Source: Flavobacteriaceae bacterium (lineage in GTDB: Bacteria; Bacteroidota; Bacteroidia; Flavobacteriales; Flavobacteriaceae). From it: 64,000 nt of DNA. Location: contig PBJZ01000018.1 in the NCBI GenBank assembly GCA_002721275.1, positions 3,729 to 67,728 on the forward strand. The letters run 5' to 3'. Shown here one piece after another: positions 14,341 through 23,327 of the stretch. Positions within the stretch are counted from its first letter, which is position 1. Every line of letters starts with the position of its first letter. Both the position numbers and the translations under genes were made by a program. A model generated the notes under the pieces. It saw only the letters and a program-made list of their open reading frames with translations. It searched no databases and was not told the origin of the DNA.

Positions 14341-15576
14341 TTAATATCTGATATTTTCACTTGGTGAAAATCTGTTTATTATTTTTGTTGGGAACCACAA
14401 CAAAAATAAACAAATAAAAGCCATAAATAAATTAACAAAAATCCAATCAAAAAAATCCAATTTTACAGGGGCGTAATTAATGTAGTAGGTAATTGGGTCC
14501 AGCTTGATCCACTTAAAGTATTTTTGAGAAAAATAAAATCCAAGACCAAGTATATTTCCATAAATAAGTCCTTTGGTGATTATCTGGAATCCGTTCCACA
14601 AAAATACTTTTTGAATTAAGAAATCAGTTGCACCAATTGTTTTTAAAATACCTATCATTTGTGTTTTCTCAAAAATTAGAATCATTAAAGCTGTCGCAAC
14701 GTTAACTACACCAACTAAAGTCATTATAACTAAAATTATATATATATTAAAATCGAAAAGTGAAATCCATTGAAATATATTCTCATATTTTGACCTGATA
14801 GTTATCACATCAAGGTTAGATGGTAATAAATCGTACAACTTCTTTGCTAAAAAATTATCTTTTTTCTTATCATTAATATAGACCTCAACTCCTCCAACTT
14901 GATCCTTTGACCATGAATTTATGGACTGAACCTGAGATATATCTCCAAAAATATAAATATCATCGAAATCAAAAAATCCTGAATCGTAAATTCCAACTAT
15001 TATAAATTTTCTCTGACTTGGTATTGCTTGATAATTATTTTTTTTAAAGTATATAACCACCTTTTCGTCAATGCTCACATCGAGTTTTCTGGATAATGTT
15101 TTAGAAATTAATATTTCTTTTTTTTTTTTTGTTGAAGTGTTGATAAATCTACCCTCAACAATAAAATCATTAAAATTTGAATTGATGTATGTTTTAGGAT
15201 CAACACCTTTAAAAATAATTCCCTCAAAATTAGCTTTATTCCTTATCAATCCCCCTTTGTATGCGATTCTTTGAAAACTTGATACATCGTTTAGATTTTT
15301 TAATACAGATTCTTCTTTATTTTCAAATTCAAATGGATTAGATGAAAATTGAGAATTATTATTATCAAAAGTTGAAATAATCAAATTACCATTGAAAGCG
15401 TATACTTTTTTTCCAATTTCCTCTTGGAGCCCCTTACCAGCGACTACAGATATAATTATTGCAGTAACACTCAATGTTAGAGCTAATATTGCTACTTTTA
15501 TTATTCGTGAGGAAATATTACTGTTTAAAGAATTATTATTTTTTAATGTGTTACCTAAAAAGTAAATTAAATTCAA
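14341..15576 (-). CDS. FtsX/LolC/LolE-family ABC transporter permease
   Basis: 411 aa. It has an N-terminal TM segment, a large periplasmic loop and a C-terminal 3-TM FtsX-like region (ILKTIGATDFLIQKVF...). Confidence 0.75.
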   Translation of the reverse strand: MNLIYFLGNTLKNNNSLNSNISSRIIKVAILALTLSVTAIIISVVAGKGLQEEIGKKVYAFNGNLIISTFDNNNSQFSSNPFEFENKEESVLKNLNDVSSFQRIAYKGGLIRNKANFEGIIFKGVDPKTYINSNFNDFIVEGRFINTSTKKKKEILISKTLSRKLDVSIDEKVVIYFKKNNYQAIPSQRKFIIVGIYDSGFFDFDDIYIFGDISQVQSINSWSKDQVGGVEVYINDKKKDNFLAKKLYDLLPSNLDVITIRSKYENIFQWISLFDFNIYIILVIMTLVGVVNVATALMILIFEKTQMIGILKTIGATDFLIQKVFLWNGFQIITKGLIYGNILGLGFYFSQKYFKWIKLDPITYYINYAPVKLDFFDWIFVNLFMAFICLFLLWFPTKIINRFSPSENIRY

Positions 15577-15587
15577 ATCTTCGGTTT

Positions 15588-16763
15588 ATGAAATTAAATA
15601 TTAAAAATACGCTTTTATTATTTGTATTTATTTTTTTCCATTATGATTGTTTAGCCCAGCAAGATATTGAGTCCGGATCAGAACAATTAAATAAATACAT
15701 ACCACTACTGAAAAATAAAAATATTGGCTTAGTTGCTCATAATGCAAGTAGATTGTATTCCAATTACAATAAACATTTAATTGATATTTTAATTGAAAAT
15801 AATATCAATGTGAGATTAATTTTTGCTCCAGAACACGGTTTCTATTCCAACTCACCCAACGGAGATTTGATCGAAGATACCAGAGATGCCATAACAAGAA
15901 TTAAAATTATTTCTTTGTATGGAAAAAATAAAAAACCTTTGCCTGAACATCTCGAGGGTTTGGATTTAATTTTATTTGATATACAAGATGTTGGAGTACG
16001 TTTTTATACTTATATATCAACTCTACATAATGTAATGGAAGCTTGTGCAGAACAAAATGTTCCAATTATTCTCTTAGACAGACCGAACCCCAACGGTCAT
16101 TATGTCGATGGACCAGTATTGGACAACAAATACAAATCTTTTGTTGGAATGCACCCAATTCCAATTGTTCATGGGATGACAATGGGCGAATACGCTAAAA
16201 TGATAAATGGTGAAGGCTGGTTGAATAATAAAATAGAATGTAATCTAGTGGTTATACCTAACAAAAATTATAATCATAAATCAAAATATATTTTACCTGT
16301 GAGACCTTCACCCAACCTGCCAAATAACCAGGCAATATATCTCTATCCTAGTTTATGTTTATTAGAGCCAACTTCTGTAAGTATTGGAAGGGGCACAGAA
16401 AAACAATTTCAAATATATGGCCATCCAGACTTTCCAAAATCAGATTTTAAATTCATCCCTAAACCAAATTTTGGTTCCAAAAACCCAAAGTGGGAGAATA
16501 TGGTTTGTTATGGGATATCGTTAGAAAAAATTAAAGTTTCTAATAAAATTTATTTGTCATATTTGATTGACTCTTACAAGAAAATTCCAAACAAAGAAAC
16601 TTTTTTCAAGGACAGCTTTGAGAGAATTGCTGGAAATGAGAGACTAAGAAAACAACTAATAAATAAAGTTTCTGAAATTGAAATAAAAAAGAGCTGGGAA
16701 TCTAAATTAAAAAAGTTTAAGAAAATTAGAAAAAAGTATTTAATCTATGAAGATTTTTATTGA
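15588..16763 (+). CDS. DUF1343 / NamZ-like exo-beta-N-acetylmuramidase family protein, secreted
   Basis: The track ORF starts at 15474 and overlaps the lolE-like start. An internal ATG at 15588 gives MKLNIKNTLLLFVFIFFHYDCLAQQ, a signal peptide. The motifs FAPEHGF, LFDIQDVGVRFYTYISTL and LDRPNP are typical of DUF1343. Confidence 0.7.
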   Translation: MKLNIKNTLLLFVFIFFHYDCLAQQDIESGSEQLNKYIPLLKNKNIGLVAHNASRLYSNYNKHLIDILIENNINVRLIFAPEHGFYSNSPNGDLIEDTRDAITRIKIISLYGKNKKPLPEHLEGLDLILFDIQDVGVRFYTYISTLHNVMEACAEQNVPIILLDRPNPNGHYVDGPVLDNKYKSFVGMHPIPIVHGMTMGEYAKMINGEGWLNNKIECNLVVIPNKNYNHKSKYILPVRPSPNLPNNQAIYLYPSLCLLEPTSVSIGRGTEKQFQIYGHPDFPKSDFKFIPKPNFGSKNPKWENMVCYGISLEKIKVSNKIYLSYLIDSYKKIPNKETFFKDSFERIAGNERLRKQLINKVSEIEIKKSWESKLKKFKKIRKKYLIYEDFY

Positions 16764-16779
16764 TCATAATAAAAATACA

Positions 16780-17412
16780 CTAAGGAATTTTAAGATACTT
16801 GTGTGTTTGTAAAGAAACCTTCCACCTTGGATTTTTCATAACATAATCAACTATTAAGGGTATTATTACATCTCTCTTACTCCACTCGGGCTGAAGAAAA
16901 AGCTTACAATTCTTATTAACATTTTCAGACTGCTCCTCTGCAAATTTAAAATCATGTTTATTGTAAATAATAACTTTTAGCTCATCAGCTATTTCATAAG
17001 ACTTTCTTTTAGGTCTTTTCTTTTTTTTTGGAGATAAGCAGAACCAATCCCAAGTCCCAGTGACGTCATAGGCACCAGAAGTTTCTAGATGAATTTTTAT
17101 TTTTTTTTCTTTGAGTATGTTTGTTAATGGATTCATATTCCACATTAATGGCTCTCCTCCAGTTATGACAATTGTATCTGAAAATTTTCTTGCACTATCT
17201 GCGATTTCATTAATATCAGTAGGAGGATGTAACTTAAAATCCCAACTTTCTTTTACATCACACCAATGACATCCAACATCACACCCGCCAATTCTTACAA
17301 AATATGCAGCACTACCTTTATGATAACCCTCACCCTGAATAGTATAAAATGCCTCCATTAATGGAAGTACCAAACCTGAACTAATCATGTTTTCTAGATC
17401 ATTAATTACCAT
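16780..17412 (-). CDS. queE: 7-carboxy-7-deazaguanine synthase (radical SAM)
   Basis: 210 aa. It has the QGEG motif and the CDVGCHWCD CxxxCxxC radical-SAM cluster motif, and its size is typical of QueE. Confidence 0.8.
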   Translation of the reverse strand: MVINDLENMISSGLVLPLMEAFYTIQGEGYHKGSAAYFVRIGGCDVGCHWCDVKESWDFKLHPPTDINEIADSARKFSDTIVITGGEPLMWNMNPLTNILKEKKIKIHLETSGAYDVTGTWDWFCLSPKKKKRPKRKSYEIADELKVIIYNKHDFKFAEEQSENVNKNCKLFLQPEWSKRDVIIPLIVDYVMKNPRWKVSLQTHKYLKIP

Positions 17413-17417
17413 GTTTA

Positions 17418-17425
17418 CAAAGATA
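17418..17425 (-). promoter_or_regulatory. Bacteroidota -7 promoter box (TATCTTTG) 5 nt upstream of the queE ATG, implying a leaderless or near-leaderless mRNA
   Basis: The plus strand reads caaagata, which is TATCTTTG on the minus strand and matches TAnnTTTG. The ATG is at 17412-17410. Confidence 0.45.
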
Positions 17426-17470
17426 ATCTATTCGAATTGACCAAATCAAAAAAAAATATAACTTTAGAGT

Positions 17471-17896
17471 ATGAAAAAAATCTCTCCATTTCACCTCGCA
17501 ATTCCCGTAAATGACCTTTTTATTGCTATTAATTTTTACGAAAATATTCTTGGCTGCACTCCAGGGCGTAAAAGTGAGCACTGGGCCGATTACGATTTCT
17601 TTGGACATCAATTGGTTGTCCATTTAGATCCAAATCATCAGGCAAAAAACCATCATAATGATGTTGATGGTAAATCTGTTCCAGTCCCACATTTTGGGGT
17701 TGTCCTCCCTTGGGAAGAATTTGATACCTTTTCAGATAAACTTAAACTTAGTGATCAAATTGAATTTATAATAGAACCGTATTTAAGATTTGAAGGAAGG
17801 CCAGGAGAACAAAAAACTTTATTTTTCTATGATCCTGCTGGTAATGCATTAGAATTTAAAAGTTTTAAAAATATGGATCAACTTTTTAAAAAATAA
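17471..17896 (+). CDS. VOC (glyoxalase/bleomycin-resistance/dioxygenase) family protein
   Basis: 141 aa. The FHLAIPVNDL...FY...LG N-terminal beta-alpha-beta-beta-beta motif is typical of the VOC fold. Confidence 0.65.
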   Translation: MKKISPFHLAIPVNDLFIAINFYENILGCTPGRKSEHWADYDFFGHQLVVHLDPNHQAKNHHNDVDGKSVPVPHFGVVLPWEEFDTFSDKLKLSDQIEFIIEPYLRFEGRPGEQKTLFFYDPAGNALEFKSFKNMDQLFKK

Positions 17897-17898
17897 TT

Positions 17899-18780
17899 AT
17901 GGCTTGGTTAAAATTTCTTGATAATTCGTTTGATAATATTTTTTCTGATAAAAGGAGATCTATAATAGAAAGGTATACTTTATTTACATCAATTTTAGGT
18001 TTTATAATTCATCTAATTTTAATTTATTTGAATAACTATAATATGCTAAATATTAGCTTTTCAGGAAGCCTCTTAGATGATCCAATTTCTGCGATTTACA
18101 CTCCATTTTCAATTATACTATTTTACGAGACATATCTGCTGATATACTATCTTCCTGGATCTTTTACTACAGCAATCTCAAAACAGTTCGAAATAATCTC
18201 TTTGATTGTAATAAGAAAAATATTTAGTGATATTCCCAAGATAAATCTCAATGCAAACTGGCTTGAAAACAGTCCAAATTTGCAGCTAATATATGACCTT
18301 TTAGGAATACTAATTTTATTTTTTTTAATCTATCTGTTCAACCTAAGAAAAGAAAAAAATCCGGTTAAACCCATAACTGACTCAATCAAAAGATTTATTT
18401 CGACAAAAAAGGGTGTTAGCATCATTTTGTTGCCATTGTTAATCATAATGTCAATTTATAGTGTAAGTAATTGGATTTACGAAATATATTTAGTGAATGA
18501 AAATGTAAAATCAATAAACGTCTCCAATATAAATTCAGTTTTTTATAATGAGTTTTTTACAATTCTTATTTTAGCTGATGTTTTCATTTTATTACTCTCA
18601 TTCCAATATACCGAGAAGTATAGCCAACTTATAAGAAATACTGGCTTTGTGATTTGTACAATACTAATAAGACTTTCTTTTGCTGCCAAGGGCATAACAA
18701 ATATTTTATTAATTGTATCTAGTGTACTTTTTGGTCTAATTATTCTTAGAATTTATCAAGCTTTTGAAAAAAATATTTAA
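17899..18780 (+). CDS. Polytopic membrane protein, unknown function
   Basis: 293 aa with about 6 hydrophobic segments. The start lies 3 nt after the VOC stop. I recognise no family. Confidence 0.55.
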   Translation: MAWLKFLDNSFDNIFSDKRRSIIERYTLFTSILGFIIHLILIYLNNYNMLNISFSGSLLDDPISAIYTPFSIILFYETYLLIYYLPGSFTTAISKQFEIISLIVIRKIFSDIPKINLNANWLENSPNLQLIYDLLGILILFFLIYLFNLRKEKNPVKPITDSIKRFISTKKGVSIILLPLLIIMSIYSVSNWIYEIYLVNENVKSINVSNINSVFYNEFFTILILADVFILLLSFQYTEKYSQLIRNTGFVICTILIRLSFAAKGITNILLIVSSVLFGLIILRIYQAFEKNI

Positions 18781-19652
18781 TCTTTTCTTTTACATGCTAA
18801 TAAAGTATTTTGAAGTAACATAGCAATCGTCATAGGTCCAACTCCGCCTGGTACTGGTGTTATGTAACTAGCTTTTTTTGAAACATTAACATAATCTACA
18901 TCTCCCTTTATAATATAACCTTTGGAATTATTTTTATCTGATACTCGAGTTATACCTACATCAATAACCACAACTTTTTCTTTTACCATATCTACCTTTA
19001 AAAACTCAGGAATTCCAAGTGCAGATATTATAATATCTGATTTGAGTGTTAACTCTTTGAGATTTTTTGTCCTGCTGTGAGCAAGTGTTACTGTAGCATT
19101 TCCGTATGACACTTTTTGACTCATAAGAATACTTATAGGTCTGCCTACAATATTGCTTCTACCAATAACTAAGCAATTCTTTCCTGATGTTTCTATTTTA
19201 TATCTTTTAATAATTTCAATTATACCGAATGGAGTAGCTGGAATAAATGATGGCAATTCAAGAACCATTCTACCAAAATTAGTTGGATGAAACCCATCTA
19301 CATCTTTTCTGGGATCAACAGCAAGTAAAACTCTCTCTTCATTAATATGGTTCGGTAGAGGTAGTTGAACTATATACCCATCTATACTTGGGTTTTGATT
19401 TAATTTATCAAGCTCTGAAATAAGTTTTTTTTCAGTTATATCAGATTTTAAATGAATTAAAGTTGATAAAAAACCAATTTGTTTGCAAGATCTAACTTTA
19501 CTTCCAACATACGTTAAACTTGCACCATCATTACCTACAAGAACAGCAGCTAAATGTGGAATCTTCTTTTTTTTAGAAGACCTTTTACTAACTTCTTTTT
19601 TAATTTCTTCTTTTATTATGTTTGAAAGTTTCCTTCCATCTAAAATTTTCAT
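18777..19652 (-). CDS. folD: Bifunctional methylenetetrahydrofolate dehydrogenase / methenyl-THF cyclohydrolase
   Basis: 291 aa. ILDGR...LAAVLVGNDGASLTYVGSK, QLPLP, GRSNIVGRP and PVPGGVGPMT are all FolD hallmarks. Confidence 0.95.
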   Translation of the reverse strand: MKILDGRKLSNIIKEEIKKEVSKRSSKKKKIPHLAAVLVGNDGASLTYVGSKVRSCKQIGFLSTLIHLKSDITEKKLISELDKLNQNPSIDGYIVQLPLPNHINEERVLLAVDPRKDVDGFHPTNFGRMVLELPSFIPATPFGIIEIIKRYKIETSGKNCLVIGRSNIVGRPISILMSQKVSYGNATVTLAHSRTKNLKELTLKSDIIISALGIPEFLKVDMVKEKVVVIDVGITRVSDKNNSKGYIIKGDVDYVNVSKKASYITPVPGGVGPMTIAMLLQNTLLACKRKD

Positions 19653-19663
19653 TTTTTTATCTG

Positions 19664-20986
19664 TTATTTTTGAAACATTTGCATTAATTGACTAGCCTTT
19701 CCGCCCTGCATCATTTTCATCATTTTACTCATTTGATTAAACTGTTTAATTAACTGATTCACTTCAGATATATCCCTTCCAGATCCCTTAGCAATTCTTT
19801 TTCTCCTACCCTGGTCAATAATCTCTGGTTTAGCTCTTTCTTTGGGAGTCATTGAACTAATTATAACCTCAACAAATTTGAATGCACTATCATCTATCTC
19901 CTGATCCCCAATCATTTTCTTGGCCCCTGGTATCATTCCAACAAGATCATTCATACTCCCCATTTTTTGAACTTGCTTAATTTGTTTCAAAAAATCATCA
20001 AATCCAAATTTATTTTTTGCAATTTTTTTATTTATTTTTCTTGCTTGTTCTAAATCAAATTGATCTTGAGCTCTTTCAACCAATGATATAACATCTCCCA
20101 TTCCCAAGATCCTATCTGCCATTCTATCAGGATGAAATACATCTATGGCATCTATCTTCTCACCTGTACTAATAAACTTTATTGGCTTATCGACAACATA
20201 TTTGACTGAAAGAGCAGCACCCCCTCTCGTGTCACCATCCAATTTGGTCAGTACTACACCTTCAAAATTTAGGATATCATTAAAAGATTTAGCAGTATTT
20301 ACAGCATCCTGGCCAGTCATTGAGTCAACAACAAATAATGTTTCATTTGGTTTGACAGCCTTATGAATTTTTGATATCTCTTCCATCATTAACTCATCGA
20401 CTGCAAGTCTTCCAGCTGTGTCAATTATTACTGTATCATTTTTATTTTTTTTGGCGAAATCTACTGCTTGTTTTGCAATTATTACTGGATTCTTTTCATC
20501 TAAATTTTTATAAACTGGAATATCAATTTGTTTTGCAAGGACCTCAAGTTGTTCAATAGCTGCAGGTCTATATACGTCACATGCAACAAGTAAGGGTTTT
20601 TTTGATTTTTTTGACCTTAAAAAATTTCCAAGTTTTACAGAAAATGTTGTCTTTCCTGAGCCCTGGAGACCTGACATCAAGATTACTGAAGGTGTATTTG
20701 TAAGGTCTAATCCAGAAGTTTTTGAACCCATTAATAATGTAAGCTCATCTTTTACAATCTTAACCATTAATTGCCCAGGCTGTAAGCTTTTCAATACATT
20801 TTGGCCGAGTGCATTATTTTTTACTTTATCAGTAAATTCTTTTGCAATCTTATAATTTACATCAGCAGTTAGTAATGCCCTTCTTACTTCTTTAAGGGTT
20901 TTAGCAACATTAATTTCTGTAATTTTTCCGTGCCCTTTTAAAAGTTGGAAAGCTTTTTCAAGTTTATCACTTAAATTATTAAACAT
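19664..20986 (-). CDS. ffh: Signal recognition particle protein
   Basis: 440 aa. It has the GLQGSGKTT P-loop, DTAGR and TKLDGD motifs, and a Met-rich C-terminal M domain. Confidence 0.95.
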   Translation of the reverse strand: MFNNLSDKLEKAFQLLKGHGKITEINVAKTLKEVRRALLTADVNYKIAKEFTDKVKNNALGQNVLKSLQPGQLMVKIVKDELTLLMGSKTSGLDLTNTPSVILMSGLQGSGKTTFSVKLGNFLRSKKSKKPLLVACDVYRPAAIEQLEVLAKQIDIPVYKNLDEKNPVIIAKQAVDFAKKNKNDTVIIDTAGRLAVDELMMEEISKIHKAVKPNETLFVVDSMTGQDAVNTAKSFNDILNFEGVVLTKLDGDTRGGAALSVKYVVDKPIKFISTGEKIDAIDVFHPDRMADRILGMGDVISLVERAQDQFDLEQARKINKKIAKNKFGFDDFLKQIKQVQKMGSMNDLVGMIPGAKKMIGDQEIDDSAFKFVEVIISSMTPKERAKPEIIDQGRRKRIAKGSGRDISEVNQLIKQFNQMSKMMKMMQGGKASQLMQMFQK

Positions 20987-21060
20987 ATATAAAAATAATT
21001 TTAAAGTTAATATATTATTGATTTTTCAAGCGAATAAACTTTAAAATAATTAAATTGATT

Positions 21061-22827
21061 TTACATTCTTTCTGGGACATCGACTCCAAGCAAAAGACAA
21101 GAATTACATATAATTTCTCCCACCTTTTTGGATAGTACTAACCTAAAACTTTTTCGATTGTTATCTTTTTCACCCAAAATATTAATATTTTGATAAAATG
21201 AGTTAAAAAGCTTCACCAAATCGTAAACATAATTTGCAATTAATGATGGACTGTACATTTTACCAGCGTCTATGATGACCTCTGGGTAAATTATGATTTG
21301 TTTTAAAATCTCTTTTTCTTTTTTTTGAATATTTTTTGTACTGCTTGAATTCCATTCAATATTTTCGTTATTTCTCAATATAGATTGAATTCTTGCGTAA
21401 GCATACTGAATGAAAGGTCCTGTATTTCCATTAAAGTCAAAAGATGATTCTGGATTAAATAAAATTCTTTTTTTTGGGTCTACTTTTAAAATAAAATACT
21501 TTAATGCTCCTAGACCAACAGTTTTGTATAATTTTTTATCGTCACCAACTTCTTTTATCTTTCCATGATCATTTGATATTTGCTCAGCAGATCTAATCAT
21601 ACTATCAACTAACTCATCAGCATCTACAACTGTTCCTTCTCTGCTTTTCATTTTACCAGAGGGTAGATCAACCATGCCGTAACTTAGATGAAAGAGGTTT
21701 TTTGACCAGCTATAACCTAACTTTTTTAGAATTAAAAATAAAACCTTGAAATGATAATCTTGCTCATTACCTACTGTATAAACCATCCCACTAATTTCAG
21801 GATTATCCTGAATTCTTTGAAAAGCTGTACCTAGATCTTGAGTAATATAAACAGACGTTCCATCAGACCTTATTAATAATTTTTCATCCAATCCATCTGA
21901 ACTAAGATCAACCCAAATAGAACCATCTTTTTTATAATAAAAAACATTTTTATTAATTCCTTCTTGAATAATTTTTTTTCCTAATAAATATGTGTCGCTT
22001 TCATAGTAAATATTATCAAAATCAACACCAAGCTTTTCATATGTTATTTCAAATCCATCATATACCCATTGATTCATTTCTGACCAGAGTTTTTTTACAT
22101 CAGCATCATTTTGCTCCCACCTCATCAATAAATCCTTTGCTTTTAAATAAATTGGTGCATTATTTTTGGCTTCAGTTTCAGAAAATCCTTTTTTCATTAA
22201 TTCAGATACTTCATTTTTATAATGATCATTATAAAGAACATAGAATTTTCCAACAAATTGATCACCTTTAATTTTTAAATCATTGGGTCTTTTTCCTTTT
22301 CCAAATAATTTCCATGCCACCATTGACTTACATATATGTATTCCACGATCATTGATTATTTGTGTTTTAATTATATTATTTCCATTTGCCTCAAGAATTT
22401 TAGACATTGAAAAACCAAGTAAATTATTCCTAATATGACCTAAATGCAAAGGCTTATTTGTGTTGGGGGATGAGTACTCAATCATTATGGTTTTTGAGTT
22501 TTTATTAGGTTTTTTATGTCCAAAATTTTTAATATCTCTGATATCTTCTAGAAATGAAATATAAAAAGAGTCTGAAATTGTTAGATTTAGAAATCCTTTT
22601 ACAATACTAAATTTTTCAACAATTTTTGATTTTTCTTTCAAATCAAACCCAATTGATTTTCCCAAACTTTCTGTATCTGTCTTTATTTGATTTAATAATG
22701 GGAAAAGTAAAAGAGTAAGATCACCATCGAATTCTTTTCTGGTCGATTGAAATACCAGATTATTAATTAAAATACCATATCTCTTCTTAATTAATTTTTT
22801 TACAATATTTTTTAATTGATTTTCCAT
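21061..22827 (-). CDS. argS: Arginine--tRNA ligase
   Basis: 588 aa. It has the class-I HIGH-like motif (PLHLGHIRN) and a C-terminal DALR-type anticodon-binding region ending ...GVDVPERM. Confidence 0.9.
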   Translation of the reverse strand: MENQLKNIVKKLIKKRYGILINNLVFQSTRKEFDGDLTLLLFPLLNQIKTDTESLGKSIGFDLKEKSKIVEKFSIVKGFLNLTISDSFYISFLEDIRDIKNFGHKKPNKNSKTIMIEYSSPNTNKPLHLGHIRNNLLGFSMSKILEANGNNIIKTQIINDRGIHICKSMVAWKLFGKGKRPNDLKIKGDQFVGKFYVLYNDHYKNEVSELMKKGFSETEAKNNAPIYLKAKDLLMRWEQNDADVKKLWSEMNQWVYDGFEITYEKLGVDFDNIYYESDTYLLGKKIIQEGINKNVFYYKKDGSIWVDLSSDGLDEKLLIRSDGTSVYITQDLGTAFQRIQDNPEISGMVYTVGNEQDYHFKVLFLILKKLGYSWSKNLFHLSYGMVDLPSGKMKSREGTVVDADELVDSMIRSAEQISNDHGKIKEVGDDKKLYKTVGLGALKYFILKVDPKKRILFNPESSFDFNGNTGPFIQYAYARIQSILRNNENIEWNSSSTKNIQKKEKEILKQIIIYPEVIIDAGKMYSPSLIANYVYDLVKLFNSFYQNINILGEKDNNRKSFRLVLSKKVGEIICNSCLLLGVDVPERM

Positions 22828-22906
22828 CCTTTTTTATATCGAGTAAAGATAAATAAACTGACTTTATTGCTAGCAATAACTAACATTAAGTATTAATTTT
22901 ATAAGT

Positions 22907-23326
22907 ATGTTAATTAATATTTCTTATAATAATAAAGTAATTGATAGAAAAATAAATTCTCTAGTTGGTACTCCATATTCTCTAGCTGATAGACTTAAGA
23001 AAAAAGGTGTTGGATCACCTAGATTAAGAATAAATAAATCATCTGAAAAAATAAATAATTTACTTATTCTGGATAAAAATGTTAATTATTGTAATATTGA
23101 ATTAAGACCAAAAGGAATAATAGTAAGATTCAGAAGTATTTTGGAAACATATGGACTAATCATACCGTTTTTCAAATTAAATATTCACAAAGAGACTTCA
23201 AATCAGTATTCTATTTTTTCAGAAAACAACTATCTTAAAATAAATGTTCTAAAGAATGATGAGTACTCTTTTTTCAAAAAATTATTAGATGAAAAAGTGT
23301 CGTCTACTCCAAAGAATCCTTTTTAA
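22907..23326 (+). CDS. Hypothetical protein
   Basis: 139-aa ORF that fills the gap between argS and gltA. It has no recognisable motifs or signal peptide. Confidence 0.4.
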   Translation: MLINISYNNKVIDRKINSLVGTPYSLADRLKKKGVGSPRLRINKSSEKINNLLILDKNVNYCNIELRPKGIIVRFRSILETYGLIIPFFKLNIHKETSNQYSIFSENNYLKINVLKNDEYSFFKKLLDEKVSSTPKNPF

Positions 23327-23327
23327 T

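Noticed and set aside
15118-15130. A 13-nt homopolymer (T13 on the plus strand, A13 on the coding strand) inside the lolE-like permease gene. It is a possible slipped-strand phase-variation tract.
   Set aside because: It encodes a Lys run (..TSTKKKKEIL..) in the periplasmic loop. In a genome this AT-rich, AAA-Lys runs are expected. Similar T9-T10 runs occur in queE and folD. There is no evidence of variation from a single sequence.
15474-15587. The N-terminal 38-codon extension of the DUF1343/NamZ-like ORF given by the track. Similar extensions occur for rpmD (32388-32408), rpsJ (40833-40862) and trkH (46317-46370).
   Set aside because: The extensions overlap the upstream or neighbouring gene and encode non-homologous, hydrophobic nonsense. 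Internal ATGs give canonical N-termini: a signal peptide for NamZ, MESIKV for L30, MSQKIRIKL for S10 and MIRINHK for TrkH.
17402-17623. A 73-aa minus-strand ORF spanning the queE/VOC spacer.
   Set aside because: It overlaps the queE start, the intergenic promoter region and the 5' part of the VOC gene on the opposite strand. It has no motif support.
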